NCBI GenBank assembly: GCA_964603925.1
Contig: CAZRWX010000001.1
Span: 5,489 to 69,488, forward strand
Reading direction: 5' to 3'
Origin: an uncultured Bifidobacteriales bacterium
Lineage (GTDB): Bacteria; Fibrobacterota; Fibrobacteria; UBA11236; JADFYW01
Length of the DNA stretch: 64,000 bases
Of this stretch, positions 46,295 through 56,042 are shown piece by piece. A program made the position numbers and the translations under genes. The number at the start of each line of letters is the position of its first letter. Within the stretch, counting starts at the first letter, position 1. The notes beneath the pieces are model-generated. The model did no database searches, was not told where the DNA came from, and worked only from the letters and a program-made list of their open reading frames with translations.

Positions 46295-48823
46295 TTGCGT
46301 ATTTTCATCCTCTTTGCACTTTTAGCCTTGCCGCATACCCTTATGGGTAATGAGGGTGTTCTCGTAACGCCGTCAAATCCAGGCAGCCGCTTGCTCAGTG
46401 TTTCCATACCAGACACTCTTAAGCTGCCGGACCTCAGTAAAATCTCCATCGAAGGTCACGAAATAGAAAATATTATCGTTGTCCAGGAGAATGATTCGCG
46501 TCTGCGGACTATTTTAGCAGACAACGTTATAGACATCTCCGATACATCAAAATTCCGTATCATCAATTATGTAGTATCTGATAGCACCCTGATTGTGGAG
46601 TGCCCGTCCTATTACACCTGGGAGAGGGGCTATATAGTTATCGACACATCTTTCGGGGGGCTGGCCCAAAGAGTTGTCTACGCCAACCTGCAAAAAAACC
46701 TTCCCACCAATTCAGTATGGGAGCTCAAGCTGACAAAGGTATCTATGCTGGACATTATCGCTCAATGCGACATAAGTTTTATAAGCCGCCTGTCTCTTTC
46801 GGTAGATCTTTCCGACACTGTATGGTCAGACACCCTCACAGGCCGTGGTATTGACAGCACAGTTCCAGGTAGGGTAACTACTCGTTATAACGCCTATTTT
46901 CACTCTTTCAGAGCTAATTTAACTCCCATTATTGAGGGGCGGTTGCGTATTGAGGGCGGGCATATAGTACTTAATCAATTCAAGCTGAAAGGTTCCTGCA
47001 ATCTTACCGGCCAGGTAGTTGTGCAAATGCAGCAACCAGGTACATTTTCCCTGCACCGCTCTGTAAGCCCGTCCCGGTCCTTCGTTATCCCTTTAGCCAA
47101 GGGTATATTCATTAAAAGCTCCATATCGTTTGATTTGAATCTAACAATGGCCGCCAGCCAGCCAGCCTACATAGCCAGCATAGACATTAATCACACCCAG
47201 GAATTGGATGCCCATTTCATTAATAAATCTCAAGACTGGCTGTTACTGCAGTCCGGTATGCATATGGTTGAAGGTAACCGTCTGTTAAATGTCAGCGCTG
47301 ACAAGCCCACCCCCGGGTCTTTTTCCCTTGGGTTTAAATCCACCATTAAAGAGCAGTGGCTTGGCATGCAGGGTTTGGGCTTATTTCTTTTATCAGGGGG
47401 TCATATTAAAGGGGTTACAGCTGCCGATTCAATCAGTCTTAACAGTACTCTTGCCTGGCATACATCAGCGAGTTATCTGGGCTTGCCTCATAATACCCGT
47501 CACGGGCAGCAGCCAGTCCTTATGGAGCAAATCAATCGGGTGATATCAACCCCCCCGCGCATTATTCCAAGGCTGGAGATATTAAAAAAAGACACCGCCA
47601 ATATCACCCTCAGCTGGCTTCACTTACCTGAGACCAAAGGTTACACTATTTATGTCGACTCAGACAGTTTAAGTGATACTCTAGCAGCTATCGAGCTGCC
47701 CCCGTTCATAATTACCAGGCTCAAACCCAATACAGCCTATAACATCAGTATTAAGCCTTATAATATTATGGGTTCAGGCCCTGCTGTTTCTATTTCCTGT
47801 ACCACAAACGCTATCAATCTCCCCCCCTCCGCTCCCCGTTATCTGTCACCAGAGGTCAATTCCATAACTAAAGACTCCACCCTCAATATCTCCTGGTCAT
47901 CTTCTGATCCGGACTCCCTGGATACCCTGAGGTACACACTGTTATTGGACACCCTCAACCCTCCCAGACGTCAATACCTTTATCAAAGCACTCGCAACAC
48001 CTTTATTTTTCGCCCGGAAGAGGGCGGTCACACATACTACTGGTGTGTAACCGTAACCGACGGTCTAAACCAGGTATCAGGTAGTGTGTGGAGTTTTCAT
48101 ATTTTCAAAGCTGATAACCAAATCACTCTGGCACCCAGGGTTCTGTTCTGCCTTAAAGATGTCACATTCATTCCTGCTGGTATTTTTGTCCGGGAGGACA
48201 ACCAAAAAGTAAAAATTCAATCATTTTATATAAACCGTTACGAGGTTACCCAAAATTCATTTGTATCCATATTAAGCATTAACCCCTCTTACCGCAAGGG
48301 TAACAATCTTCCTGTGGAAAACGTCAGCTGGAGTCAGGCCAGCAATTACTGCCGCGAAATTAACGGCCGCCTGCCCACAGAAGCCGAGTGGGAGTACGCA
48401 GCCCGGGCGGGCACACAGTCCAACTACTATTGGCAGGGTGAACCCGTAAATGCCTATGCCTGGTATTACAAGAATTCCCTGAATCAAACCCACCCTGTAG
48501 GCCAAAAGCTGCCCAACAACTGGGGGTTATACGACATGAGTGGGAATGTTTTTGAATGGGTACAAGACTGGTACGGCAATTATTCCCCTTATCAGCTTTT
48601 AAACCCCCAGGGTCCACAGGCAGGTAACAGCCGCGTTACCCGCGGGGGAAGCTGGTTCAGCGATATCAGCAGTCTCAAATCCAGTTCCCGCTTTAAGAAC
48701 CGCCCTGCATTTACAAGCTACAAACTGGGCTTTCGTTGCGCGTTTTCGGCAGATCAGCTACCCAAAGAAGTTAAAGAGAAGGCGCGTCAATATTACCTTG
48801 AAGCAACTCCGGATCAAAAGTAG
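46295..48823 (+). CDS. Secreted multidomain protein: N-terminal unknown region, fibronectin-III domains, C-terminal formylglycine-generating-enzyme (FGE/SUMF1) domain
   Basis: Signal peptide. FN3 region (TIYVDSD...YNISIKPYN). FGE domain (NRYEVTQNSF...NVSWSQASNYCR...RLPTEAEWEYAARAG...GLYDMSGNVFEWVQDWY...RVTRGGSW...GFRCA). Confidence 0.8.
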   Translation: MRIFILFALLALPHTLMGNEGVLVTPSNPGSRLLSVSIPDTLKLPDLSKISIEGHEIENIIVVQENDSRLRTILADNVIDISDTSKFRIINYVVSDSTLIVECPSYYTWERGYIVIDTSFGGLAQRVVYANLQKNLPTNSVWELKLTKVSMLDIIAQCDISFISRLSLSVDLSDTVWSDTLTGRGIDSTVPGRVTTRYNAYFHSFRANLTPIIEGRLRIEGGHIVLNQFKLKGSCNLTGQVVVQMQQPGTFSLHRSVSPSRSFVIPLAKGIFIKSSISFDLNLTMAASQPAYIASIDINHTQELDAHFINKSQDWLLLQSGMHMVEGNRLLNVSADKPTPGSFSLGFKSTIKEQWLGMQGLGLFLLSGGHIKGVTAADSISLNSTLAWHTSASYLGLPHNTRHGQQPVLMEQINRVISTPPRIIPRLEILKKDTANITLSWLHLPETKGYTIYVDSDSLSDTLAAIELPPFIITRLKPNTAYNISIKPYNIMGSGPAVSISCTTNAINLPPSAPRYLSPEVNSITKDSTLNISWSSSDPDSLDTLRYTLLLDTLNPPRRQYLYQSTRNTFIFRPEEGGHTYYWCVTVTDGLNQVSGSVWSFHIFKADNQITLAPRVLFCLKDVTFIPAGIFVREDNQKVKIQSFYINRYEVTQNSFVSILSINPSYRKGNNLPVENVSWSQASNYCREINGRLPTEAEWEYAARAGTQSNYYWQGEPVNAYAWYYKNSLNQTHPVGQKLPNNWGLYDMSGNVFEWVQDWYGNYSPYQLLNPQGPQAGNSRVTRGGSWFSDISSLKSSSRFKNRPAFTSYKLGFRCAFSADQLPKEVKEKARQYYLEATPDQK

Positions 48824-48872
48824 CCGCCCACTACACAGCAATAATACTGTTAACAGCGGGTAAGTGCCCCAA

Positions 48873-49574
48873 TCAACCCATCAGGTCGAGAATTTCGCCG
48901 AGCATTTTATCTTTAGTTTTAATAGCACTGACATTGGCTGCCAGGCTTTTTTCATCTGTAATCTGACCCGTTATCTGCTCGGCTAAGTCAACATTAGCAC
49001 CCTCCGCATAACCCTGCCTTATAGAGGTAGAGCTTGCGCTAACCGGTGACCCGGCCTGAGCGGTAGCAGAATAAATCCCATTACCGGTATGATTTAAGGC
49101 CTGAGGATTGTTAAACTGCACAGTGAGGAGTTGACCAATTTTAATGGGGTTTTTACTGGAAACCTGAGAGAATACACCACCATCCTGCTCTACAATTATT
49201 CGGGCAGAAGGGGCAACGGTTGTATTTACACCTGCCAGAGCGTTGCCCTTGCCGTCTACCAGACGGCCATTCTCATTAGTGGTGATACGCAGACTTCTGC
49301 GGTAAAGGCTCTCACCCTGTGGACCGGTTACCTCAAAATAACCGGCACCCTCAAGAGCCAGATCCAGCATATCGCCTGAACTTTGCAAGGCACCCTGGCT
49401 CATGTCGGTTTTAACTGAGGAAACTCTTGAACCGCCAGTAATGGATTCTGACTGTACTGGGCTTTTTGATTTATAGCCGGGGGTATTAATATTGGCAATA
49501 TTATTGGAACGAACATTGTTAGCGTTTAGTGCGCTATTAATGCCGTTCACAGATGACGAAAAACCTATACTCAT
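48873..49574 (-). CDS. Flagellar basal-body rod protein homologue (FlgF/FlgG-like)
   Basis: N-terminal rod motif NNIANINTPGYK. C-terminal rod motif QGYAEGANVDLAEQITGQITDEKSLAANVSAIKTKDKMLGEILDL. GAGG-like RBS (gaggt) upstream. Confidence 0.75.
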   Translation of the reverse strand: MSIGFSSSVNGINSALNANNVRSNNIANINTPGYKSKSPVQSESITGGSRVSSVKTDMSQGALQSSGDMLDLALEGAGYFEVTGPQGESLYRRSLRITTNENGRLVDGKGNALAGVNTTVAPSARIIVEQDGGVFSQVSSKNPIKIGQLLTVQFNNPQALNHTGNGIYSATAQAGSPVSASSTSIRQGYAEGANVDLAEQITGQITDEKSLAANVSAIKTKDKMLGEILDLMG

Positions 49575-49669
49575 AATACCAACCTCTGTTACTATGCTAA
49601 CATTATTTTAGTGAATACGCAAACAGCAACTTCACCACATTCTATAAATTCTAAAATTTCTAAAGTGAA

Positions 49670-50746
49670 TTAACTACCTACATATTGCCTAATAAGCGAT
49701 AAAATTGCCTGAATACTGTCTATGGAAGCCTCCCGCTTAATTTTAGCTTGAGTATATTCCCTCTTTTTATAGGCTATTGCCAAAAGTCTGGTAAGGTTCT
49801 GAGGATTTAAATCCTCCTCTTGAAGGACACTGCAAAGCCCCCTTTTACTAAAAGACTCAGCGTTTTTTATCTGATCACCTCGGCTTGCCCGCATAGAAAG
49901 CGGAATCAGCAGACTAATTTTACCCAGGGCCATAAGCTCAAACAGGGCATTGGCACCAGCTCGGGATATCACCATATCCGCTGCAGCAAGTATATCGGGT
50001 AATTGACTGGATATATACTCAAATTGCCTGTACCCAGGCTGGTTATTTAAATCTTTATCAGTTTTACCCTTACCACAAATATGGGCAACCTGGAAAACTT
50101 CAAGAATACTGCTCAGACACTGACGTACAGCCTTGTTGATAATAGTAGAACCCAGACTCCCGCCCATAATTAAAAGCATGGGCCGCTCTGTGCTAAAACC
50201 GCACAACTCCAGACCCCTTTGCCTGTTGCCCGATAACAGCTCCTGGCGGACCGGCAGGCCGGTTAAGGAGGCCTTACCGGCAGGAAAGAGCTGCAATGTC
50301 TCTGGAAAAGACACACAAATATGAACAGCAAAAGGTGCAGTCAGACGATTAGCCAACCCGGGTGTGATATCAGCTTCGTGGATAATAACAGGGACACCGC
50401 GTGCCCAGGCCGCAATAGCCACCGGCACACTCACAAAACCGCCTTTAGAAAAAACTAACCGGGGCTTAATACGCCTGATGCAGAAATAAGCCTGAACAAG
50501 ACCTTTGAAAATCCTGAAAATATCCGTAAAATTCTGCCATGACAAATAACGCCTCAGCTTGCCTGTCGAAATAGGGTGATAGGATATATTAACCAGTTCC
50601 CGCTCTATGCCACCGAAGGACCCCATATACTCTACATCATAACCCTGCTCTTTGAGAAAGGGCAGCAGGGCTAAATTAGGAGTAACATGCCCGGCAGACC
50701 CCCCGCCAGTCAATAAAATTTTCTTCCCTTTCTTTACATCTGCCAT
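49670..50746 (-). CDS. murG: GT28 glycosyltransferase, MurG-like
   Basis: KILLTGGGSAGHVTPNLAL (MurG GGTGGHVFPALA-like). C-terminal LIMGGSLGS...HICGKG. Not located in a dcw cluster, so assignment as bona fide MurG rather than a glycolipid GT28 is tentative. Confidence 0.65.
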   Translation of the reverse strand: MADVKKGKKILLTGGGSAGHVTPNLALLPFLKEQGYDVEYMGSFGGIERELVNISYHPISTGKLRRYLSWQNFTDIFRIFKGLVQAYFCIRRIKPRLVFSKGGFVSVPVAIAAWARGVPVIIHEADITPGLANRLTAPFAVHICVSFPETLQLFPAGKASLTGLPVRQELLSGNRQRGLELCGFSTERPMLLIMGGSLGSTIINKAVRQCLSSILEVFQVAHICGKGKTDKDLNNQPGYRQFEYISSQLPDILAAADMVISRAGANALFELMALGKISLLIPLSMRASRGDQIKNAESFSKRGLCSVLQEEDLNPQNLTRLLAIAYKKREYTQAKIKREASIDSIQAILSLIRQYVGS

Positions 50747-51167
50747 GATTTCTCCTGCAAAAAAGATACAAAGAAGTCCAGACGCATTCTTCTAATGCCA
50801 AAAAAGTGGCTTTTAAAGCAAAAAAGATAACTGGACATTTTGACAATTAAAAATGTTTAAATCAATGACTTTTTTCAGGTCAAGTACTTGCAATCCAGAA
50901 AATATATCGGTATAATAATAGTACCGGAAGTTTTTCTTTACTCCTTTCTCTTCTGGTGTTATTGGCTTATGTTTCTGAGAAGGCCTCCCGCCAGGGGGGC
51001 CTTTTCTTTTTTTCCAGAAATAATATTCCTCATAAAAAATTGGTAAAATATAGATTAGAACGAAAGGCAGAGCTTTAAGTTCTGACAAGGCGCTGGAGCG
51101 AGTCCGCCTGAGGCGGATCGTTCAGCGCACATTACCGGTTAGGGGTTTTATTCATGCACAGGCCGTT

Positions 51168-52436
51168 ATGCTGAACAGTTTTTCCAAAGCTAAATATCTC
51201 TTCGAGCAAAACCGCATAAAGGAGTCTTTGCAGGAGCTGGAGAAGGCCCTGGTCATAGAGCCTGAAAACCCCAGTCTTCTAGCCTTCCACGCTCTCTGCC
51301 TGTTAAAAACAGACAAAATTACCCCAGCCGAGGCCACTCTTAAAAAGGCCCTTGAATTAAATCCCAATTATGATTTTACTTACTATGTATATGCCAGCCT
51401 GGAGATGGAATCAGGTCGATACAAGCAGGCTGAAGCCAGAATAAGGTCCGCCATAGATATCAACCCCATTAACGGTGAATATTATGCACTGCTTGCCCTA
51501 TGCATGTATAACGGCCACAAGAATTACAGCGCCATCCAAATGGCGGCCAAATCAGGTCTTTCTTTTGACCCGGAAAATAATGTATGTAAAAATGTACTGG
51601 CCATGATTGAGCTTCGCCGGGGCCGCAAAGAGGTCGCCACAAAAATCATGGATTTGCATCTGGAGGATGACCCCGAAAACGCACTTTCACTGGCTAACCA
51701 GGGGTGGAATTATCTCCATCAGGGTAATTTTAAAAAAGCTGAGGATTTTTTTGATAAGGCCCTTATTAAAAACCCCGACAGTCAGTGGGCGGCCATGGGG
51801 CAAAGACAGGTCATCAAATCAGGATTCCCCATTTACCGCTGGCTCCTCTGGTATTTTCTAAAGCTGTCACGAGTTCCTATCTCCCGGCGGTTCACAATAG
51901 TTTTTGGCATATATGCCCTTCTAATGTTTATATCCTTTATGGATATTTTCCTCAGCCCTTTTGCCATGGGCGCCGCATTCCTGTATGCGGGTTTTATTTA
52001 TACGCTGTGGCTGGGTGAGACCATGGCGAATTTCGCCTTAATGTTTACCCCAAAGGGTAAGAGCATGCTCAAACCCAGGGAAAAACGCTACTACGTTATT
52101 GTGCTGGCTCTGCTATTAAATGCAGGCATACATGGCCTCTGGTTTATTATTACCCGCGCGCACACACCTCTCCTGGTTTCACTGGGCTCCCTGCTTTTTG
52201 CCATACCAGTCAGCATTATTTACCAGGAGCCTGAATCCTGGCGGCGAAAGACAGCCAGCATACTCTTCCTGATAATAACCTTCGGCCTGGCAGCCCTGGG
52301 GGCCTTTAACCTAATACTTCCGGGGGCTTACTGGCTTAACATTATTATAATCCTGACTGGTGTATGCGCCTGCTCGGGGGCAGCCCTGTGGCTGGTCAGC
52401 TGGCTATTACGGAAAACCAATGATTTTCCCCGGTAG
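51168..52436 (+). CDS. TPR-repeat protein with C-terminal polytopic membrane domain
   Basis: N-terminal TPRs (ATLKKALELNPNYDF...). The C-terminal 200 aa carry 5-6 hydrophobic helices. Confidence 0.6.
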   Translation: MLNSFSKAKYLFEQNRIKESLQELEKALVIEPENPSLLAFHALCLLKTDKITPAEATLKKALELNPNYDFTYYVYASLEMESGRYKQAEARIRSAIDINPINGEYYALLALCMYNGHKNYSAIQMAAKSGLSFDPENNVCKNVLAMIELRRGRKEVATKIMDLHLEDDPENALSLANQGWNYLHQGNFKKAEDFFDKALIKNPDSQWAAMGQRQVIKSGFPIYRWLLWYFLKLSRVPISRRFTIVFGIYALLMFISFMDIFLSPFAMGAAFLYAGFIYTLWLGETMANFALMFTPKGKSMLKPREKRYYVIVLALLLNAGIHGLWFIITRAHTPLLVSLGSLLFAIPVSIIYQEPESWRRKTASILFLIITFGLAALGAFNLILPGAYWLNIIIILTGVCACSGAALWLVSWLLRKTNDFPR

Positions 52437-52498
52437 AGGCGTGGTTTATCGCGCCTCTACCGGGGTGGTTAATTGCGCTTTTGCTGGGGTGATTCCAT

Positions 52499-54271
52499 TT
52501 AAGCCTGAAGGATTTCATCATAGGCCTGGATAATGTGCTGATATTTGATAAGACCTAAAACTACTCCTTCATTGTTAAGCACGGGTAGTTCGCTGTGATT
52601 AGAGCGCAGAAAAACCTGAGAGGCACTGTGTAAATCCATTTCCCTTTTAAGAGAGTATACGTCTGTCATCAAATCTTCCGCAATAACCAGATTATTTGCT
52701 GAAGTCTCCAGTATAACTTTACGAAGCTGATTAATGCTTAAAAGCCCAGTCAGGTCCTGATTTTCGTTAACCACAGGAAAAACCTCAAATTCTGTCTCTT
52801 CCAGGAACCGTCTTAAATCGTTTAGATTGTCATTCTGATTTACAAACAACACTTTACCCACAGGCTTAAAAACAAAGCCCACAGAAATGGACCTTAAAAT
52901 ATCTGTATTGAGCTCATCACGATGGGCGGGTGATTCAAACTTGTTTTGCTTTTGATTGCGGTAAATGCTCCAGCGGCGGGAGAGGAGAATATGAAAAACG
53001 CTGGCCAGCATAAGGGGTGCCAGCAGATTATAATTACCGGTAATTTCGCAAACCATAATGATAGAGGCAATAGGTGCGTTGGCAGCACCTGCAAAGAACG
53101 CGCCCATGCCTACCAGTATATATGATGAGGGGTTGTCTATAAGACCGGGTGCAATCTGCTCTATCCCAAAACCCACAAACCCGCCCAGCATACCGCCTAT
53201 AAAAAGAGAAGGCCCAAACACACCGCCCGACCCACCTGAGCCAACAGTAAGAGAGGTGGTGATAATTTTAAAAGCTGCGATTAAAAGCAGAGCGCGGATA
53301 GCGAGCTGACCATTAATGGCCTCCTGCAGGAACTCCCACCCGCCGCCAAGGGCCCGGGGACAAACATAGGCGATTAAGCCAACACCCAGACCCCCAATTG
53401 CGGGTTTAAAATGGTTGGGTATACGCAGCTTTTTGAAAGAATCCACAGAAAAATAAAAACTGCGGATATAAAGCCAGGAAACAGGCGCGCACAGTATGCC
53501 CAGCATGGCATAAAATACAAGCTCTCCGGGGTTACGAAACTCAAATGGAGGTATTTTAAAGAGCGGACCTGTAACATGGGTAACCTGCGAATAAGTAGCA
53601 TAAGCAACAACTGAAGCTACGATAGAAGGTAGAAATGCCTCTGATTCAAAATCTTCCTTATATATGATTTCCACAGAAGTAAGAGCACCCCCAAGGGGGG
53701 CCCGAAAGATAGCGCCCAGCCCGGCGGCTGTGCCAGCCAAAACAAGAAGACGGCTCATTTTCTCCGGCACTCCGAAAATTTTAGAGAATATAGAACCCAA
53801 CCCTGAGCCTATCTGGGCGATAGGCCCCTCATAGCCCGCGCTGCCACCTGTACCAATAGTAACAATGGATGAAATAGCTTTTACAAAAGGCACACGCGCC
53901 CGCACCCTGCCGCCCTTATTATGGAAGGCGTCTATCATGGCATCAGTGCCGTGACCCTCTGCCTCAGGGGCAAAAGTGTATACAATAATACCCGATACAA
54001 GCCCACCCAGTGTGGGGATTATAAAAAACAACCAGGTGGGGAGCTTGGAATCAACCGCCTGCCCATAAAGATTGCTGAAACCACCAATATCTCCCAAAAT
54101 CAGCTTTTTGGTAACCTCCAGCACCCAATGAAAACCCGCAGCCCCAAGACCGCCGAAAATACCTATGGCAATGGCAATAAGCAGCAGTTTGCCTGAGCTG
54201 CGAAATAGATGCGAATTATTCCACCGCCGTTTGAATATTTTATAACGGGTGTGGAGGGTGGTTTTTGTCAT
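52499..54271 (-). CDS. ClC-family voltage-gated chloride channel / H+-Cl- antiporter with C-terminal CBS pair
   Basis: ClC selectivity motifs GSGIP-like (GTGGSAGYEGPIAQIGS), GSGGVFGPSLF and GAFFAGA. The C-terminal 150 aa are CBS-like. Confidence 0.9.
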   Translation of the reverse strand: MTKTTLHTRYKIFKRRWNNSHLFRSSGKLLLIAIAIGIFGGLGAAGFHWVLEVTKKLILGDIGGFSNLYGQAVDSKLPTWLFFIIPTLGGLVSGIIVYTFAPEAEGHGTDAMIDAFHNKGGRVRARVPFVKAISSIVTIGTGGSAGYEGPIAQIGSGLGSIFSKIFGVPEKMSRLLVLAGTAAGLGAIFRAPLGGALTSVEIIYKEDFESEAFLPSIVASVVAYATYSQVTHVTGPLFKIPPFEFRNPGELVFYAMLGILCAPVSWLYIRSFYFSVDSFKKLRIPNHFKPAIGGLGVGLIAYVCPRALGGGWEFLQEAINGQLAIRALLLIAAFKIITTSLTVGSGGSGGVFGPSLFIGGMLGGFVGFGIEQIAPGLIDNPSSYILVGMGAFFAGAANAPIASIIMVCEITGNYNLLAPLMLASVFHILLSRRWSIYRNQKQNKFESPAHRDELNTDILRSISVGFVFKPVGKVLFVNQNDNLNDLRRFLEETEFEVFPVVNENQDLTGLLSINQLRKVILETSANNLVIAEDLMTDVYSLKREMDLHSASQVFLRSNHSELPVLNNEGVVLGLIKYQHIIQAYDEILQA

Positions 54272-54486
54272 ATGCGAGTATTGAAAAAATAGAATTTAGA
54301 AAATGTGAAATCAAAACCCCGGCCTTTGTCAAACTTGCATGAGAGAGTGTATTGTACGCAACCGGTGTAGTTCTAAGCTCACGGTTAACTTCGAGGCCTT
54401 ATGCATAAAGACTTCCCAATTACCGAACTGCCACCGCCTCCAGTGATTACTAAATTAAGTTTCATTATTACCAAGGAGACACTGCC

Positions 54487-55920
54487 ATGAGCACCGAATA
54501 TAAAAACCCTTTAATTGAACGTTACGCCTCCAAAGCCATGAGCAGGCTGTTCTCCCCCCAGTATAAATTCCAAACCTGGCGCAAGCTCTGGATTATGCTG
54601 GCAGAGTCCCAAAAAGAGCTGGGGCTTCCTATAACCCAGGAGCAGATTGACGAACTCAAAGGCTTTGAAACAAATATTAATTTTGATGAAGCAAAAAAGC
54701 GCGAAAAAGAGGTACGCCACGATGTTATGGCCCATGTTCACGCTTATGGCTTGCAGTGCCCCAAAGCCGCTGGCATTATTCATCTGGGGGCCACATCCTG
54801 CTATGTAGGTGATAATACCGATCTTATCCAAATGCGGGAGGCTCTGCGCCTGGTGCAGTGTCGCCTTTATTTATTTATGGACAAGCTCAGCAGTTTTGCC
54901 CTGGAATATAAGGATATGCCTACACTGGGTTTTACCCATTATCAGCCCGCTCAGCTCACAACCGTAGGCAAAAGGGCGTGCCTCTGGCTGCAGGAGTTCC
55001 TGCTGGACTGTGAGGAGCTGGAGTTCATTATCAACACCCTGCCCTTCAGGGGTGTTAAAGGTACTACCGGCACACAGGCCAGCTTCCTGGCTCTCTTTGA
55101 TGGGGACAATGACAAAGTAGTAGCTCTGGATATGGCCGTTACCGCCAAGGCGGGCTTTAAGCGCAACCTTACTATTACCGGCCAGACATACACCCGTAAA
55201 ATCGATGCCCGCATAATGGGGGCCTTATCCAGTATTTCTCAGTCTCTGGCTAAGTTTTCCACTGACATCCGCCTGCTGCAAAACTTAAAAGAAATCGAGG
55301 AGCCCTTCGAAAAATCACAAATAGGCTCCTCCGCCATGGCTTATAAAAGGAACCCCATGCGCTCTGAGCGTATCGGGTCCTTAAGCCGCTTTGTCCAGGG
55401 GCTTGTTTCCAGCACTGTGTTCACCGCCTCCACCCAGTGGTTTGAGCGTACACTGGACGACTCCGCCAACAAGCGCCTGGCGGTGCCACAGGCCTTCCTG
55501 GCCACAGACGCCATGCTGATACTGGCAGCCAATATATCTTCGGGCCTTGTAGTATACCCCAAAATGATAGAGCGCCGTGTAGCCAGTGAGCTGCCCTTTA
55601 TGGCAACCGAAAACATTATGATGGCGTGCGTCAAAAAAGGCGGAGACCGCCAGCAGCTGCACGAGGCCATACGTGAACACTCCATGGAGGCAGGTAAAAG
55701 GGTTAAGCTGGAGGGCGGCGACAACGACCTTCTGACCCGCATCGCCGGTGACAGTGCCTTCTCTCTCAGTAAAAACGAAATCGATAATATCGTAGACTCA
55801 AAAAAATTCACCGGCCGGGCCGCCCGGCAGTGTGAAACCTTTATCAATAATGAAGTAAAACCCATGCTGGCCGCCAACGACAGCTGGAAAAAGCTGGAAG
55901 CCGAAGAGGTAAGGGTTTGA
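54487..55920 (+). CDS. purB: Adenylosuccinate lyase
   Basis: Fumarate-lyase family signature SSAMAYKRNP. PurB N-terminus (LIERYASKAMSRLFSPQYKFQTWRKLW). 477 aa. Confidence 0.9.
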   Translation: MSTEYKNPLIERYASKAMSRLFSPQYKFQTWRKLWIMLAESQKELGLPITQEQIDELKGFETNINFDEAKKREKEVRHDVMAHVHAYGLQCPKAAGIIHLGATSCYVGDNTDLIQMREALRLVQCRLYLFMDKLSSFALEYKDMPTLGFTHYQPAQLTTVGKRACLWLQEFLLDCEELEFIINTLPFRGVKGTTGTQASFLALFDGDNDKVVALDMAVTAKAGFKRNLTITGQTYTRKIDARIMGALSSISQSLAKFSTDIRLLQNLKEIEEPFEKSQIGSSAMAYKRNPMRSERIGSLSRFVQGLVSSTVFTASTQWFERTLDDSANKRLAVPQAFLATDAMLILAANISSGLVVYPKMIERRVASELPFMATENIMMACVKKGGDRQQLHEAIREHSMEAGKRVKLEGGDNDLLTRIAGDSAFSLSKNEIDNIVDSKKFTGRAARQCETFINNEVKPMLAANDSWKKLEAEEVRV

Positions 55921-55938
55921 ACTGCAGAAATCTAAATT

Positions 55939-56010
55939 AGTGAAAAGTAAAAAGTGAAAAGTGACAAGCTAAATCAAATTGTTATCGCTTTTCACTTTTC
56001 ACTTTTCGCT
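55939..56010. terminator. Imperfect ~16-bp inverted repeat built from GTGAAAA heptad-like units, between convergent purB and ptsP-like genes; probable bidirectional terminator
   Basis: gtgaaaagtgacaagc (55953-55968) pairs with gcttttcacttttcac (55987-56002) with 1 mismatch across a 17-nt loop. The flanks are A/T-rich repeats of gtgaaaa / ttttcac. Confidence 0.45.
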
Positions 56011-56042
56011 TAGGCCTGTTCCACAACTCAAGTGCCAACTAA

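Noticed and set aside
50813-51088. 91-aa ORF in the murG-like/TPR intergenic region
   Set aside because: Low complexity (YYYTDIF, KKRKGPPGGRP), no RBS context examined positively, no motif. Likely a non-coding promoter region.
54272-54486. Possible purine/ZTP riboswitch upstream of purB
   Set aside because: Could not match either consensus by eye (no conserved UAUA..U/C junction cores or the pfl GGGUCGUGAC..CCGGGAGCGACCGCCUGGGCA elements). Left uncalled.
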